From Octopus sinensis (Eukaryota): DNA of 64,000 bases. Location: assembly GCF_006345805.1 (NCBI RefSeq), contig NC_043000.1:35526001-35590000 (forward strand), written 5' to 3'. A model generated the notes under the pieces. The model worked only from the letters and a program-made list of their open reading frames with translations, was not told the DNA's origin and did no database searches. Shown here in pieces: positions 12,460 to 25,379 of this stretch. The position numbers and the translations under genes were made by a program. Within the stretch, counting starts at the first letter, position 1, and each line of letters begins with the position of its first letter.

Positions 12460-12919
12460 ATCCACATGCACATACATACATACATACATACATACATACA
12501 TACATACATACATACATACATACACACATACATACACTCACACATACATACATACACATATACATACATACACACATACATACATACATACATACATACA
12601 TACATACATACATACATACATACATACACACAGACACACACATACACACATACATACATACATACACACACACATACATACATACATACATACATACATA
12701 CATACATACATACACACACACATACATACATACATACATACACACACACATACACACACACATACACACATACATACATACACACACATACACACATACA
12801 TACATACATACACACATACACACACACATACACACATACATACACACACATACATACATACATACATACATACATACATACATACATACATACATACACA
12901 TATACATACACACACACAT

Positions 12920-12954
<35 letters not shown>

Positions 12955-13124
12955 TACACACATACATACATACATACATACATACATACATACATACATA
13001 CATACATACACACACACATACACACATACATACACACACATACATACATACATACATACACACATACACACACACATACACACATACATACATACATACA
13101 TACATACATACATACATACATACA

Positions 13125-13158
<34 letters not shown>

Positions 13159-13175
13159 CATACATACATACATAG
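12460..13175. repeat. ~715-bp (CATA)/(CA) compound microsatellite
   Basis: Direct reading; source of the HTYI/MYVC pseudo-ORFs. Confidence 0.95.
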
Positions 13176-13409
13176 GGGCAAATCGAAAATTAAAAATAAC
13201 AAAACAACAAAAATAAGACAAATGTCAAACGGATATACACATTCTTGACACTCGATATAAGATGGGGGGGGGGAGAATACGTATATCGTGTTAGATATAC
13301 ACATCTTTCATGTGGCTATAATAATAATGGTCAGATCACTACAAATGATTAATTATTCCCTTTTTTGTTTTTTTTTTTACCGATGTTAGGTTTTGTATGA
13401 AATATAAAC

Positions 13410-13565
13410 GGAGTGGCTGTGTGGTAAGTAGCTTGCTTACAAACCACATGGTTCTGGGTTCAGTCCCACTGCGTGGCACCTTGGGCAAGTGTCTTCTACT
13501 ATAGCCTTGGGACGACCAAAGTCTTGTGAGTGGATTTGGTAGACGGAAACTGAAAGAAGCCTGTC

Positions 13566-13638
<73 letters not shown>

Positions 13639-13858
13639 GTGTGTGTGTTTGTGAGTCTGTACTTGTCCCCCTAGCATTGCTTGACAACCGATGCTGGTGT
13701 GTTTATGTCCCCGTCACTTATCGGCTCGGCAAAAGAGACCGATAGAATAAGTACTGGGCTTACAAAGAATTAGTCCCGGGGTCGATTTGCTCGACTAAAG
13801 GCGGTGCTCCAGCATGGCCACAGTCAAATGACTGAAACAAGTAAAAGAGGTAAAGAGG
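13410..13858 (+). mobile_element. tRNA-derived SINE family C, full length with internal microsatellite
   Basis: GGAGTGGCTGTGTGGTAAG head, GGGTTCAGTCCC B box, TGGCACCTTGGGCAAGTG core, internal (TA)n/(TG)n, ends AAACAAGTAAAAGAG. Confidence 0.9.
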
Positions 13859-14935
13859 AGGCGGTACCTTAAGTCCCCGGTCGTATAATACAGCAGGAAC
13901 TTTTCACTAAGATCACCGGTGTCATTGACGAGCGGAGCAATATTATCAACAACATTGTCTTCTTAGTAATTAAACCGTAATTAATCTAATTATCTCATGT
14001 GGAGTAAATTATCTCATTATGAAGGTGAACATTAATGTGTGTGGCTAACATGGGGCGACCTGCATGTGTTGAAGGTCGGTGCCCCATCAATCTGATGCTT
14101 AAATATTCCAATTATGCAATCATCCTGAATCGTTTCTCATTTTACAGAACAAAACGGAATCGGTTTTTGTAGGAAAAGCGATCTGTTGCGAATAACTTTG
14201 CTCACCATTCTTCACTTTTCAGACGGACTTCACTATTTACACCACGAAATATTTATACATCCGTTACATTATACACTTTTCTATTATGTTAAACTATTCT
14301 GGTTGATGATGGTCACTCACACACACACACGGAAACAACACATCTATGTGCACACACGAATATATACAGACATATATTTACGCATATGAAAATATACATA
14401 TGCCCACATATATACATGAACATATACACACTCAAGTACACACATGAATAGATGTATGCACACATAATGAATATATACAAATACACACATATATGTACAT
14501 AGATGAGTATATCTACACATATCACTTATTCGACCCCTTATCCTCAATATCCGTGTACCTGTCTTCGATATTGATCTTATAATTTCATATCTTTTCTTCT
14601 TTTACAGTTGTATTCAGTGTTCCGTTATTACCCGTATTGTCCAAAACACACCCATTCCATCAGAACTAGTTACCTTATGGACGGCAAACATTAATCCCAC
14701 CCACAATTCTTAATGTAGAAATAGAAGTGTTTTTATCCAAACGATATGTGAGCCACAGAGAGAAGACTCGATCAGCAACAAACATACTGGTAGTAAGTAA
14801 AAAATATATATATATCTATATTGCACATTTTCCACGCTTATTAACAAACTGCCTTGATATCCAAGACAAAGATATGAGCTCTGACATCATAATCACAGTC
14901 AATTGTCAGTTTTTAAGAATTCCTCAATAATTAAA

Positions 14936-16096
14936 ATGGAAGATGTTAATTACTTGGACTCTTCTAACACAACTTTTGCTAATGAAATAATTTCAATAAG
15001 ACACACAGACAGCGGCGAGGAACAATTTTTATGTAGTGGAACATTTACTGAAGAAAAATCATTACAGAGAAATATTCATGAATATCAGTGCGAGATTTGT
15101 AGGAAAACATTTTCTTCGGAAGACGAAGCGTTGATCCATAAAGAAATACACAAGAGGAGAAAACCGTTCCATTGCGAATTATGTGGAGAATCTTTTGTCT
15201 CAAACGGTAATTTAACAAAACACAAAAAAATCCACAGTGGGGAGAAACAGTTTCAGTGTGAGATCTGTAGAAAATCGTTCACTCAGAATTCGAACCTGGT
15301 GATCCACATTCGTAGTCATACAGGAGAAAGACCTTACCGTTGTGATATTTGTGGGAAGTCTTTCTCTGTTAATGCTAGTCTTGTAGTTCATAAAAGATTG
15401 CATACGGGAGAGAAACCGTTCCATTGTGAAATCTGTGGCAAGCTTTTCGTCTCGAATAGCCTCTTAACGAAACACACGGTCATTCACACGGGAGAGAAAC
15501 AGTATCACTGTGAGGTGTGCGGTAAGTCGTTCATTAACAACTCTCATCTTGTTGTTCATAAACGAATTCATACTGGAGAGAAGCCGTACCATTGTGAAAT
15601 TTGTGGCAAGTCTTTTGTTGAGAATTCCAAGCTGACTGTCCACAAGCGTAGCCATACTGGAGAAAAGCCTTATCACTGTGATATATGTGGGAAATGTTTC
15701 ATTGAAAATTCCAAGCTGAAAGTCCACAAACGGAGTCACACAGGAGAGAAACCTTACCATTGTGGAATCTGTGGCAAACCATTCTCTGATAATTCTAGTC
15801 TTGTAGTTCACAAAAGTATTCATAGTGGAGAGAAACCATTCCAATGTGAAACGTGTGCCAAAGCCTTTATTACCAAAAGCCTCTTGACAAAACATCGAAG
15901 AATCCATACGGGAGAAAGACCTTACCGTTGTGAGATCTGTGGAAAGGCATTCTCTGATAATTCCAATCTTATAGTTCACAAGAGAATCCATACTGGGGAG
16001 AAGCCGTATCACTGTGAGATGTGTGGGAAGGAATTCGTCTACAACAGTCATTTTAAGCTGCACAAACAAATGCACTGTGAAGGGACGTCCTTTTAA
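14936..16096 (+). CDS. C2H2 zinc-finger protein, 386 aa, 12 tandem fingers, single coding exon
   Basis: ATG in AAAATGG context at 14936 (the ORF track starts at an upstream TTG); 12 CxxC-x12-HxxxH units with TGEKP-type linkers; candidate acceptors at 14607 and 14917; AATAAA at 16611-16616. Confidence 0.95.
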   Translation: MEDVNYLDSSNTTFANEIISIRHTDSGEEQFLCSGTFTEEKSLQRNIHEYQCEICRKTFSSEDEALIHKEIHKRRKPFHCELCGESFVSNGNLTKHKKIHSGEKQFQCEICRKSFTQNSNLVIHIRSHTGERPYRCDICGKSFSVNASLVVHKRLHTGEKPFHCEICGKLFVSNSLLTKHTVIHTGEKQYHCEVCGKSFINNSHLVVHKRIHTGEKPYHCEICGKSFVENSKLTVHKRSHTGEKPYHCDICGKCFIENSKLKVHKRSHTGEKPYHCGICGKPFSDNSSLVVHKSIHSGEKPFQCETCAKAFITKSLLTKHRRIHTGERPYRCEICGKAFSDNSNLIVHKRIHTGEKPYHCEMCGKEFVYNSHFKLHKQMHCEGTSF

Positions 16097-16289
16097 CTGG
16101 GAAAAGTGACAAAAAGATCTTGCAAACAAAACTTACCATCTGCCATTAAGTAAACATCGTGAGATCATCATCATCATCATGCATCCATTTCCCGTGCTGG
16201 CATAGGTTGGATGGTTTGACTGATGCTGGTGAAGCCAGGAGCCAAATATGTGGGGAATTATTTATCAGTAAGAGTCTTTTAAAAAGACA

Positions 16290-16786
16290 CAAATGAACGC
16301 ATACAGCAGGGAAGCCTATTAATTATGAAACATGCGAAATTTGTCTTTTTCAAAGAAAAGTATACATTGGGGGAACATCAAAGTGAAATGTGTTGGAAGT
16401 CTTTCTGTGTGAATTCTTATTTGGAGTTGTGTCTGAATGGGCCGTTGTTGAAGAGAAACCCTTTCACTGAAATATTTAACAATACACTTAAGTCAATGTC
16501 AAATGTAAAGAATTATTCAATTTGAAGTAAATTTACATTTGTAATTTGCGACAGAATGAAGTCTTGTGAAATATATTAGACATTATTCTCTGAGTTGTAA
16601 TTTTGTTATCAATAAATACACCATAAAGGAAGATTTTATTCACTGTTATTTGTCATGGAAGTTTCTTACCCAAATCATAATCTCATTAATCAAGGCATGA
16701 TTAATCACAAGAGTAAAACCTTTCAGATGCGAAACTTGTGGAAAGTGATTCTCTTTTAAAAGCCATGATGTTAAACATACGATACA
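16290..16786 (+). pseudogene. Decayed zinc-finger units downstream of the ZNF stop
   Basis: 16716-16789 reads KPFRCETCGK*FSFKSHDVKHTIH; 16390-16470 reads EMCWKSFCVNSYL...EEKPFH. Confidence 0.55.
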
Positions 16787-17657
16787 CAGGGTGTAATGTG
16801 TAAATTGTTGCCATTTTATATTTTTAATTTCGTATTTGCCCATTATTTGTTTTTGATTTTATTGGCTAGACAGTATAGTAGGGTCAGTTGGGCACCATCT
16901 GTGAGAAAAACAGCACCATGACATAATTCACTCTGCCAGAAATTTGGAGACGACATGCTGTACTGCTTGGCATTCATGCTGGAAGCTCTAATACGAACAT
17001 TTCAGAGTGTTTGGGTGTCAGTCTGAGGACATGTACCGAGAGTGATAAAAATCAAACATCCAGTCAACATCATGGTGTTTGGTGTGATCGTTAGTGATGA
17101 CAACATTATGCCTCCATTCATCTTCCCACACAGCTTTAGACTCAACAGAGGCCTACATCAAGTGCCTGGAGGAGGTAGTGCTGCCCTGGGTCAAAAGGGT
17201 CGCTGCTGGGAGACCCTATGTCTGGCAACAGGACTCTGTACCATGCCACACAAGCAGGAGAACCCAGGTATAGCTGTCGGACAATTTCTGCAACCACATC
17301 ACCCCTAACATCTGGCCACTTAACTCCCCAGACTCCAACCCCCTTGGTTATTATGTATGAGGTACAGTTGAGCTTTTGACCAACAAAACTCCTTGTAACA
17401 CCAAAGATGAACTGAAGGCAAGGATTATAGCAGCATTCACCAACTTAAACAAGGAGACCGTCCAGAATAGGTGCAGAAGATTCTGAAGTCCTCTGGAAGC
17501 TGTGGTTGATGCCAATGGCGATTTTATTGAATAAATTTACTCTTTAGAATTTCAAGATATTTTTATGTAATTTTGGTAAATATATCTGTCAAAATGAGAT
17601 GTCAGTGTTATTTCCATTTTTGTGTAATTTAGACAACAATTTATTCACTGCACCCTG
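16787..17657 (+). mobile_element. Internally deleted maT/DD37D-type Tc1/mariner element
   Basis: Imperfect 26-bp TIRs starting CAGGGTG; KHPVNIMVFGVI.SD..IMPPFIFP, YIKCLEEVVLPW, YVWQQDS.PCHT. Confidence 0.8.
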
Positions 17658-17734
17658 AATATACAGAAGGAAAATATTGATTTCAAATTTTGGCACCAGG
17701 CCAGGAAGTTTGGGGGAGAGGATAATTTGATTAC

Positions 17735-17885
17735 ATTAACCCCAGTGTTCAACTGGTACCTGTTTTATTGACCCCAAAAGGATGAAAGGTAAAGTCAACC
17801 TCAGCAGAATTTGAACTCAGAACATAAAGACAGACAAAATACCACTAAGAATTCTGCCTGGTACCCTAATGGTTCTGTCAGCTTA
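17735..17885 (-). mobile_element. SINE family B, degenerate
   Basis: Core and B box present on the minus strand. Confidence 0.7.
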
Positions 17886-18154
17886 TGACAGAAGGAAAAT
17901 CACAAGATGATGAGTTTAAAACATTTCTTATGAATAAAAGAAATTATTGAGAAATTTATGTAAAATCATATCACCACAATTTCTGATAAAATGTATTTAT
18001 GTAAATTAAAATGTTATAAATTTTTACATAAAATCTTGCAATTATTATTCACTAATGATATTTTGTGGACATTGAAATTTACCACTCAAAACAATAGTAA
18101 TATTGTTTAATAATCGTTGTTGTGGCCAATAACAGTACCACCTAATTGGCACCC

Positions 18155-18535
18155 TTGCCAGTTGAACATTAAAAGCACCATTCAAGCATGACCGTTGCCA
18201 GGGCCACTGACTGGCTCCCATGCCTGTGGCACATAAAAAGCACCATTTGAGTGTGGTCATTGCCAGTGCTGCCGGGCTGACTCCTGTGCAGGTGGTACGT
18301 AAAAAGCACCATTTGAGCATGGCCAATGCCAGTACTGCCTGACTGGCCCTTGTGCCAGTGGCATGTAAAAGTACCCACTACACTCTCGAAGTGGTTGGTG
18401 TTAGGAAGGGCATCTAGCTGTAGAAACACTGCCAGATCAGATTGGGGCCTGGTGTAACCTTCTGGCTCGCCAACCCTCAGTCAAGCCGTCCAACCCATGC
18501 CAGCATGGAAAAACAGACGTTAAACAACAACAATA
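18155..18535 (+). mobile_element. Retroposon family D with three ~60-bp internal subrepeats
   Basis: Repeated AAAAGCACCATT..G..TG(G/A)C..TTGCCAG units, then the family 3' end. Confidence 0.8.
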
Positions 18536-18624
18536 ATGTTTCTGTGCATAACTTCCTCAAACCAAAAGATAGTGACACACATCTTGATACACCTGAGTCA
18601 GTTAACGCATTCCACTTGTTAGGT

Positions 18625-19045
18625 TTCAGTGAGCTTGCAGAATCGTTAGCACGCTGGACAAAATGATTAGCGGTATTTTGCCATAAAGGCAGCGAGCTGG
18701 CCGAAATGTTAGCACACTGGGTGAAATGCGTAGCCGTATTTTGTCTGCCGTTACATTCTGAGTTCAAATTCCGCCGAGGTCAACTTTGCCTTTCATCTTT
18801 TCGGGGTCGATAAATTAAGTACCAGTTACGCACTGGGGTCGATGTAATCGACTTAATCCCTTTGTCTGTCCTTGTTTGTCCTCTCTGTGTTTAGCCCCTT
18901 GTGGGTAGTAAAGAAATAGGTATTTCGTCTGTCTTTACGTTCTGAGTTCAAATTCCGCTGAGGTCGACTTTGCCTTTTATCCTTTCAGGGTTGATAAATT
19001 AAGTATCAGTTATGTACTGGGGTCAATCTAATTGACTGGCCCCCT
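18625..19045 (+). mobile_element. SINE family B with duplicated head and duplicated body
   Basis: Two heads (about 18628 and 18688) and two bodies. Confidence 0.85.
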
Positions 19046-19079
19046 CCCCCAAAATAAAGATGACAAACTCCATGTATGA

Positions 19080-19262
19080 AGCACTAGTGCTGGTACCACT
19101 TAAAAAACACCCAGTACACTGTAAAGTGGTTGGTGTTAGGAAAGGCATCCAGCCATAGAAACCATGCCAGAGCAGACAAATGGAGCCTGGTGCAGCTTGC
19201 CAGCTCCTGGCAAACCGTCCAACCCATGCCAGCAATGAAAACAGATGTTAAATGCTGGTGAT
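19080..19262 (+). mobile_element. Retroposon family D
   Basis: GGTTGGTGTTAGGAAAGGCATCCAG...CCAACCCATGCCAGCA. Confidence 0.75.
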
Positions 19263-19289
19263 AGTTCTGGTTACTCGTATTGTATCCTT

Positions 19290-19530
19290 TATATATCTAT
19301 TTCTTTATTACCCACAAGGGGCTAAACATAGAGGGGACAAACATGGACAGACATAGGTATTAAGTCGATTACATCGACCCTAGTGCATAACTGGTACTTA
19401 ATTTATCGACCCCGAAAGGATGAAAGGCAAAGTCGACCCCAGCGGAATTTGAACTCACAACGTAACGGCAGCCGAAATACCGCTAAGCATTTCGCCCGAC
19501 GTGCTAACAATTCTGCCAGCTCGCCGCCTT
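19290..19530 (-). mobile_element. SINE family B, full length
   Basis: Head to tail on the minus strand. Confidence 0.9.
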
Positions 19531-20446
19531 ATTATGTATCCTTTATATATCATCATCATCATGCATTCTCAATGGGGATTCCCATACTGACCCAGGTTGG
19601 ACAGTTTTGACAGGATGCAATAGGTCTGAGCAATACATTTTGCTCCAATATCTCAGGTTTGCCATGGTTTCTATGGCTGGATGCCCTTCCCAACACCAGC
19701 CACTTTAGTGAGTGTCCTGTGTCCCTTTTTTTTTTTTTGCTTTTGTGGTCCCAGCACTATAGAGATTGTCATGTCCCCCAAAAAGGTTAAAGAATCCTCT
19801 CAACCCTGCTTTTTTTTTTACTTGATTCACCAACCACTTCACAGATTATTGTGGCCATTCCTTTCCTGGAACCAGAATCAAATAGGCTGGTGCACCCTTA
19901 GCAAGACCAAAGAATTCTTTCAATTCTCTTTTGCATAGCAAAATGCATCCAGTACAGTGTAAAGTGGTTTGCCAACCACTTTATGGTGCACTAGGTGCAT
20001 TTTATCATGGTACCACCCTTTGTGAGGTTGCCTTAGGCGGAAAGGGGCTGAGTTTTAGTGAGGTATTAAAGTTTGATGGAAGAAACTGATTTCTTGTGAG
20101 TGGGTGAGTGCGGAGAGACTAACAGTGTTTGGAAAAGGAATAATAGAAGGGAGAGAGTAGTGAAGGACTGTGGGGTGCATTGAGAACAAAGAGATTCGGT
20201 GGTACCCTCACATCATGTTTTATTTGCGGGTGGAGCAGTTTGTGGAAGAGAGATAAAGATAATGGTGATGAAGGGCCAGGGTGTAATCTTGAGGTAATGT
20301 CTTAGAAGATTAGTACAAGAGCGTGGGTGAGAGAGGAATCATGAAGGATGGGCAAAGTTTGTAAATGTACATAATGGATAAAGGTGAAGGCGGTTGATAG
20401 CAAATATAAGTGGAGGTGTTGATGGTAAGAGATGGAGGGCAAAATG

Positions 20447-20625
20447 TGTAGCCGTATTTCGTCTGCCGTTATGTTCTGAGTTCAAATTCCGCCGAGGTCG
20501 ACTTTGCCTTTCATCCTTTCAGGGTCGATAAATTAAGTACCAGTTACGCACTGGGGTCTATATAATCGACTTAATCCGTTTGTCCTCTATGTATGTAGCC
20601 CCTCGTGGGTAGTAAAGAAATAGGT
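20447..20625 (+). mobile_element. SINE family B, 5'-truncated
   Basis: B box and core present. Confidence 0.85.
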
Positions 20626-20859
20626 AAGAGATAGAGGTCAGTGGGGAATGCTAGTTGTGCATGACACATGTAGTAATGGGTTCTGCTCTCATTAATTATG
20701 GTAGCAGAATAATTCAGCTGATAGAAGAGTTAGTGATGGAGTGAAAGCAGCAGATGTAGCCTTAACGAGGATTTATTGAGCAAGCGACTCAGGCATTTGC
20801 AAAGATTTTATACTTCCAACCTCCATCACTGTCACTGTTTCCATCATCAGTTTTTTGCG

Positions 20860-21900
20860 CGCACAGGTGGATGCATCATTTAAAGCACTGCATGTATACC
20901 AATCATCTTAGTCTTTTGTCATCTCCTCCATGAGGCTCAACATCTTGAGATCAGTCTTCACTACTCATCTTATGTCTTCCTGGATTTCCTTCTTCCACAG
21001 GTTCCACCCACAATAAGGGATCAGAACTACCTTTATACGGTTGTCCTCGTTCATGTGTATTCTCGGCATTCTACACATGAATGCTACATGAGAATGCTGA
21101 GGATGGCTCTGAACATTAATCAGTATACACTGAGGATGAAGAACTCAGAGCTGTTACGAGAGCCTCCCAAAAGTTGGCTAAAAAATAACACGGAGGAGAC
21201 TGAGGTTAGCTGGACATGCTCACCATCATTCAGAGTTGACACTGCACTCAGTGTTCCTGTGGGAGCCCCTACATGGACGCACTAAAAAAGGGAGACCAAG
21301 GATGACATATGTTGATGCTGTAAGGACAGACACTGGTCTCTGGGAGACTCAGGACATGGCAGTGATGATGAGGGACAAGGACTGCTGGAGAGAACTCGTC
21401 CTTGGATCTCGGGAATTTTACCCACCCTAGACATTCACGTGTATCACATGACCACTGCAGTCTTCTCTCTTGCACACTACAAACGATTCCTTTTATGGTC
21501 AGCTTTTCTTTTAAAACATTTCCTCCGTCATTCATAATGACACTGACATTGCACTTACTGACTCCATTTCCTTCTAGTCTTTGCAGGTTTTCTACAGTCA
21601 AGGTCCCACACCTCACTACCATGATACAGTTTGTACACAAGCCTCATACAGTCTGCTTTCACTTTAAGAGAGAGAGCTTTTCGTTAGCAACAGAGGTGGT
21701 AGTTCTCTAAACTTTCTCCAGCTTGTTATCACTCTTAGTCACTACACCTTCACAACATCCTCATTTACTGCTTGTCAGGTCACCTAAGTAACAGAAGCAA
21801 TCAACTACCAGAGATCTTTGTATAGTCTTAGGGTTTCTTGCTCCTATGCATCTGCCACTTATAAAATCTGCTTTCTGTGTTTATCTTCCCATGATTCCAC
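20860..21900 (-). mobile_element. RTE-clade LINE C-terminal remnant, split by an opposite-strand LINE piece
   Basis: ENLQRLEGN.VS.CNVSV, LKEKL.IKGI.CSVQERRLQW, VVKTDLKMLSL.EEMTKD. Confidence 0.7.
21055..21430 (+). mobile_element. RTE/RTEX-like LINE C-terminal fragment
   Basis: CYMRMLRMALNI, LWEPLHGRTKKGRPRMTYVD..RTDTG, MMRDKDCWRE. Confidence 0.75.
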
Positions 21901-22199
21901 TGCATCTCTTATTTTTGGAGTTTGCACTGGGGACACAGCATAGAATATCTACATAGCAAGCAAGGTCCTGTCAGTTTACTTACCTACCAATACTTTAGTC
22001 TTGGTAGATTAACTATGAAACCTTTTCATTCCACACCTGGAATTTCCAGAATACTACTACAGATTCAGCTATATTAATGGGGTTACCAGCAATTAGGAGT
22101 TCCCACAGGCATTTGGCCCTTAAACTCCCCTGTTATAGTCTTTTGGACTATGATAAACAGAAAGGGACTGAGTACTGATCACTCATGAATTTCTACCTT

Positions 22200-22780
22200 C
22201 ACTCTAAATTTATTGCTGTACTCATTGCTGGCCCAATTCCAGACATTTTTGTTGATATCAATCCAGACAACTTCTGTGAAGTGCATATTCCAGAATGTGA
22301 TAAAGAATTTTGAACGAAAAAAAACAAAACAATCCCGATGCTGAGGTAAGACAAATTGTATTTCATGTCCAGTCAAAATGTCACACCAGATGGATGCAGC
22401 GGATGAAGGTAGAGGTACAAGACATAATTCCAGAAACGATGATAGTTTTTTTTTTGTCTGATCCTTTTATACACAGAATTATCCCCACCATTCACCAATG
22501 GTCTGATTAAGGGTCAAAAATAAGATGGATAATAGGATTCTGATTTTCTCAAATCATAGTTAAGAATATTGGAACAACTTTATTTAGGAAACATATCATG
22601 GGATGTAGACATCAACTTCATACAGTAGAAAATGTTATGTTTTACTAGAGTTGGTGTCACCCAGGCAAAACAAAGAAAATTTCTGAATGCAAACTTTGTG
22701 GGTTTTGAGTATGTGTTTAAGGAAAATGGCCTGCATTTGTAAAGATATACAAATTTTGTCCAAACCACTTTAAATCGATT
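22200..22780 (+). mobile_element. Possible highly decayed DNA-transposase remnant (piggyBac-like Cys-rich end)
   Basis: KTKKISECKLCGF*VCV*GKWPAF near 22670-22740; many stops. Confidence 0.25.
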
Positions 22781-23299
22781 TATATCTTTGAAAAGAAAAG
22801 TTTAAAATAAGTTGAACAAATGGATGATGGCATAAACTCGGATACTGAAACAAAGGTGTTTACACCAGAGGTCAAGAGAGGAAAAAGAAAACAGAAGCAT
22901 TTCAAGTTTAAGTTAAATGTCAGTTTGGATATGTAGTTGGATACTGACAGTTAGGTTAGCTAAATTTCAAGGAAATTTTCAAAAATTATTGGTCAAGCTA
23001 AATTTCTCAAAAGTTGTTTGCACCCTTTCCATTTTAAAGGTTAATGGTTCCAGATTTGGGTTTTATTTAAGACATTATAAAAACAGACACTCAGTAGAAA
23101 ATTACACTGGGGGTGGTGGTGAATTGGGATAAAATCCAGTCTTGCTGGAACTGAAGTATTAAATACTAACAGCACAACTTTGCCTGACACCAAACATACC
23201 AAAGTACTACAAGAAAGTAAGACCAGAATTAAACTGGAAAAAAAAACACATCCATCACGTTTTAAATCCTGTAAACTATTTAATTAATAGTTATCTTTT

Positions 23300-23665
23300 A
23301 TTGTTTACTTGTTTCAGTCATTAAACTGCAGCCATGCTGGAGCAACAGCTTGAAGAATTTTTCGTCGAGTGAATAAATCCCAGTACTTTTTTAAGTCTGA
23401 TATTTTCTGTATCTGCCTCTTTTGCTGAACTTTTAAACAATAGGGATGGAAACAAACCAACACCAGTTGTCAAGCAGTGTGTGGGGGGGGGGACAAACAC
23501 AGGTGCACGACAAGCTTCTTTCAGTTTCCGTCTATCAAATCCACTCGCAAGGCTTTGGTCAGCTCAAAGATATAGTAGACACTTGCCTAAGGTATCATAT
23601 AGTGGGACTGAACCAGGAACCATGTGGTCAAGAAACAATTTCTTACCACCCAACCATGACTGCAC
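23300..23665 (-). mobile_element. SINE family C
   Basis: Reverse complement of the 13410 copy, lacking most of the internal microsatellite. Confidence 0.8.
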
Positions 23666-23774
23666 CTTATGAAAAAGACAAACAAACTTAGCCTACTGCT
23701 GCTGTACAAAACCCAGAAAGGATTTGTTTCTGCCGCTAAATTTCTTCAGATCTATATCCACCCTAAATAATCTA

Positions 23775-24057
23775 TCCTTCCCTTATTAGTAAGGATAGAA
23801 TTTTATAAATTTTGATATTCGTGATACTTAAGAAACCATTACCATTAATACCATGTTCATTTGTTAAGACAGACAAGAATGGCTTTTGGCACCAGAAGTG
23901 CAAGTGCCATTATCAGTGTGCAAAAGCAAAGCAACTTCAACAATAAAGTAAGCTATTAACTGTCCTCACAAATGAACATGGTATTAATGATAATGGTTTT
24001 TTAAGTACCACGAAGATCAAAATTTATAAAATTCTATCCTTGCTAATAAGTGAAGGA
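23775..24057. mobile_element. MITE-like element with ~95-bp inverted arms
   Basis: CTTATTAGTAAGGATAGAATTTTATAAATTTTGAT... pairs with ...ATCAAAATTTATAAAATTCTATCCTTGCTAATAAG. Confidence 0.8.
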
Positions 24058-24139
24058 ATTACACCTGTTTTCACGTGTAATTACTGAGGTGTAACAATTC
24101 AGACAAAGGAATTTTTACCTGCAACAAAATACTTTGATA

Positions 24140-24435
24140 GCACATAAAAAGCACCATTCGAACATGGTCGGTGCCAGTGCCAGCCGACTGGTCCTGTGCC
24201 AAAGCACCATTCGAGCGTGGTCGTTGCCAGTGCCGCCTGACTGGCTACCATGTTGATGGCAGATAGAGAACATCCACTACACCTCAGAGTGGTTGGTATT
24301 AGGAAGGGCATCCGGCTGTAGAAACTCTGCCAAATCAAGATTGGAGCCTGGTGCAGCCTACTGGCTTGCCAACCCTCAGTCAAACCATCCAACCCATGCC
24401 AGCATGGAAAGCAGATGTTAAACAATGATGATGAA
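24140..24435 (+). mobile_element. Retroposon family D
   Basis: Subrepeats, family 3' end and (GAT)n tail. Confidence 0.8.
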
Positions 24436-24499
24436 CCTTCCATTTCAAAGGAAAGCATTCAAATCAAAATATGGTCCAGAAAATCACATCAGATGATTT

Positions 24500-24990
24500 T
24501 CCTTCCTCTAACAAAATAGAAATGGTATCATTTTTGGGGATTGGTAAACTTCTATGGCTGATATTTACCCAAATAATCTGAAATGTTCAAACCATTTATG
24601 ATTTTGCATAAGAAAAATATCAAATTTGCTTTGATAAATGTTTAGACAATGATATTTGAGAACTTCAAAAATGCACTTGCTAAAAATCTTGTGAAGATTA
24701 TCTGATGCTAATAGAGACATCAACAAAAGAAAAAAACCAACTTATCAGCTTTACTTTTGTCAATGTGCCAGCCATGTATGAGGTTTGAAGACCATCTGCA
24801 CACCACATAGAATCATAGAGAAATCCTTGCCATATGTTAATGGATCTTAGAATTGCAACTTATGCATAGCTGAAAGATCACATATTCCTTTTAGATCTAA
24901 GAGTTCCTGATCTGAAATTTATAGCAAATGTAAACATACAGACAAACTTCTCTTTAGGTGAATGGAGAACACTGCCCTCTCCAAACTAAG
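24500..24990 (+). mobile_element. Gypsy-like LTR retrotransposon pol remnant
   Basis: GLVNFYG*YLPK*SEMFKPFMILHKKNIKF resembles the Gypsy RT thumb. Confidence 0.45.
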
Positions 24991-25379
24991 TTGCTGTCTC
25001 ACAGACTTTGGACCCCTCTGTTGAATTATTCTGAAAATAGCTTATGGCTTTACAGTCAAAGGGGACATAACTCTAATTTTCTTTTCTTTTTCCATCCTTA
25101 AACTTTTTGCATCTAATTTGTTTTTTTCTCTTTTCTTTTGTAACGACATCCTGATTTGTAAATTGAACAAACTCTGTGCTCAGAGCCTGAAGATTGCTTG
25201 GAGATACAATTAGTAGCTCGTATCTTTATACTGTGTACATTAAACGATATCTCTCAATGCATGGAGCACTTTTTCATGTTATTCTTATCTTAACAGAACT
25301 GTAAACTATATATGATATAACATACACATAACCTATTATATGATATGATGGAATAATTTCTTTTCAGGGTTTTGTATTT

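Noticed and set aside
12333-13304. Long ORFs (up to 323 aa) of HTYI/MYVC/YIYI repeats here and at 5.1-5.5, 6.3-6.7, 8.7-9.0, 11.3-12.0, 39.3-39.8 and 51.9-52.2 kb
   Set aside because: Translations of stop-free microsatellites.
15464-16129. 221-aa antisense ORF in the first ZNF, and alternative-frame ORFs 25931-26239 and 26483-26806
   Set aside because: Expected by-product of 84-bp finger periodicity and codon bias; no independent signals.
18180-18340. Regularly spaced repeats resembling a CRISPR array
   Set aside because: Eukaryotic retroposon subrepeats; the spacers are homologous to each other and there are no cas genes.
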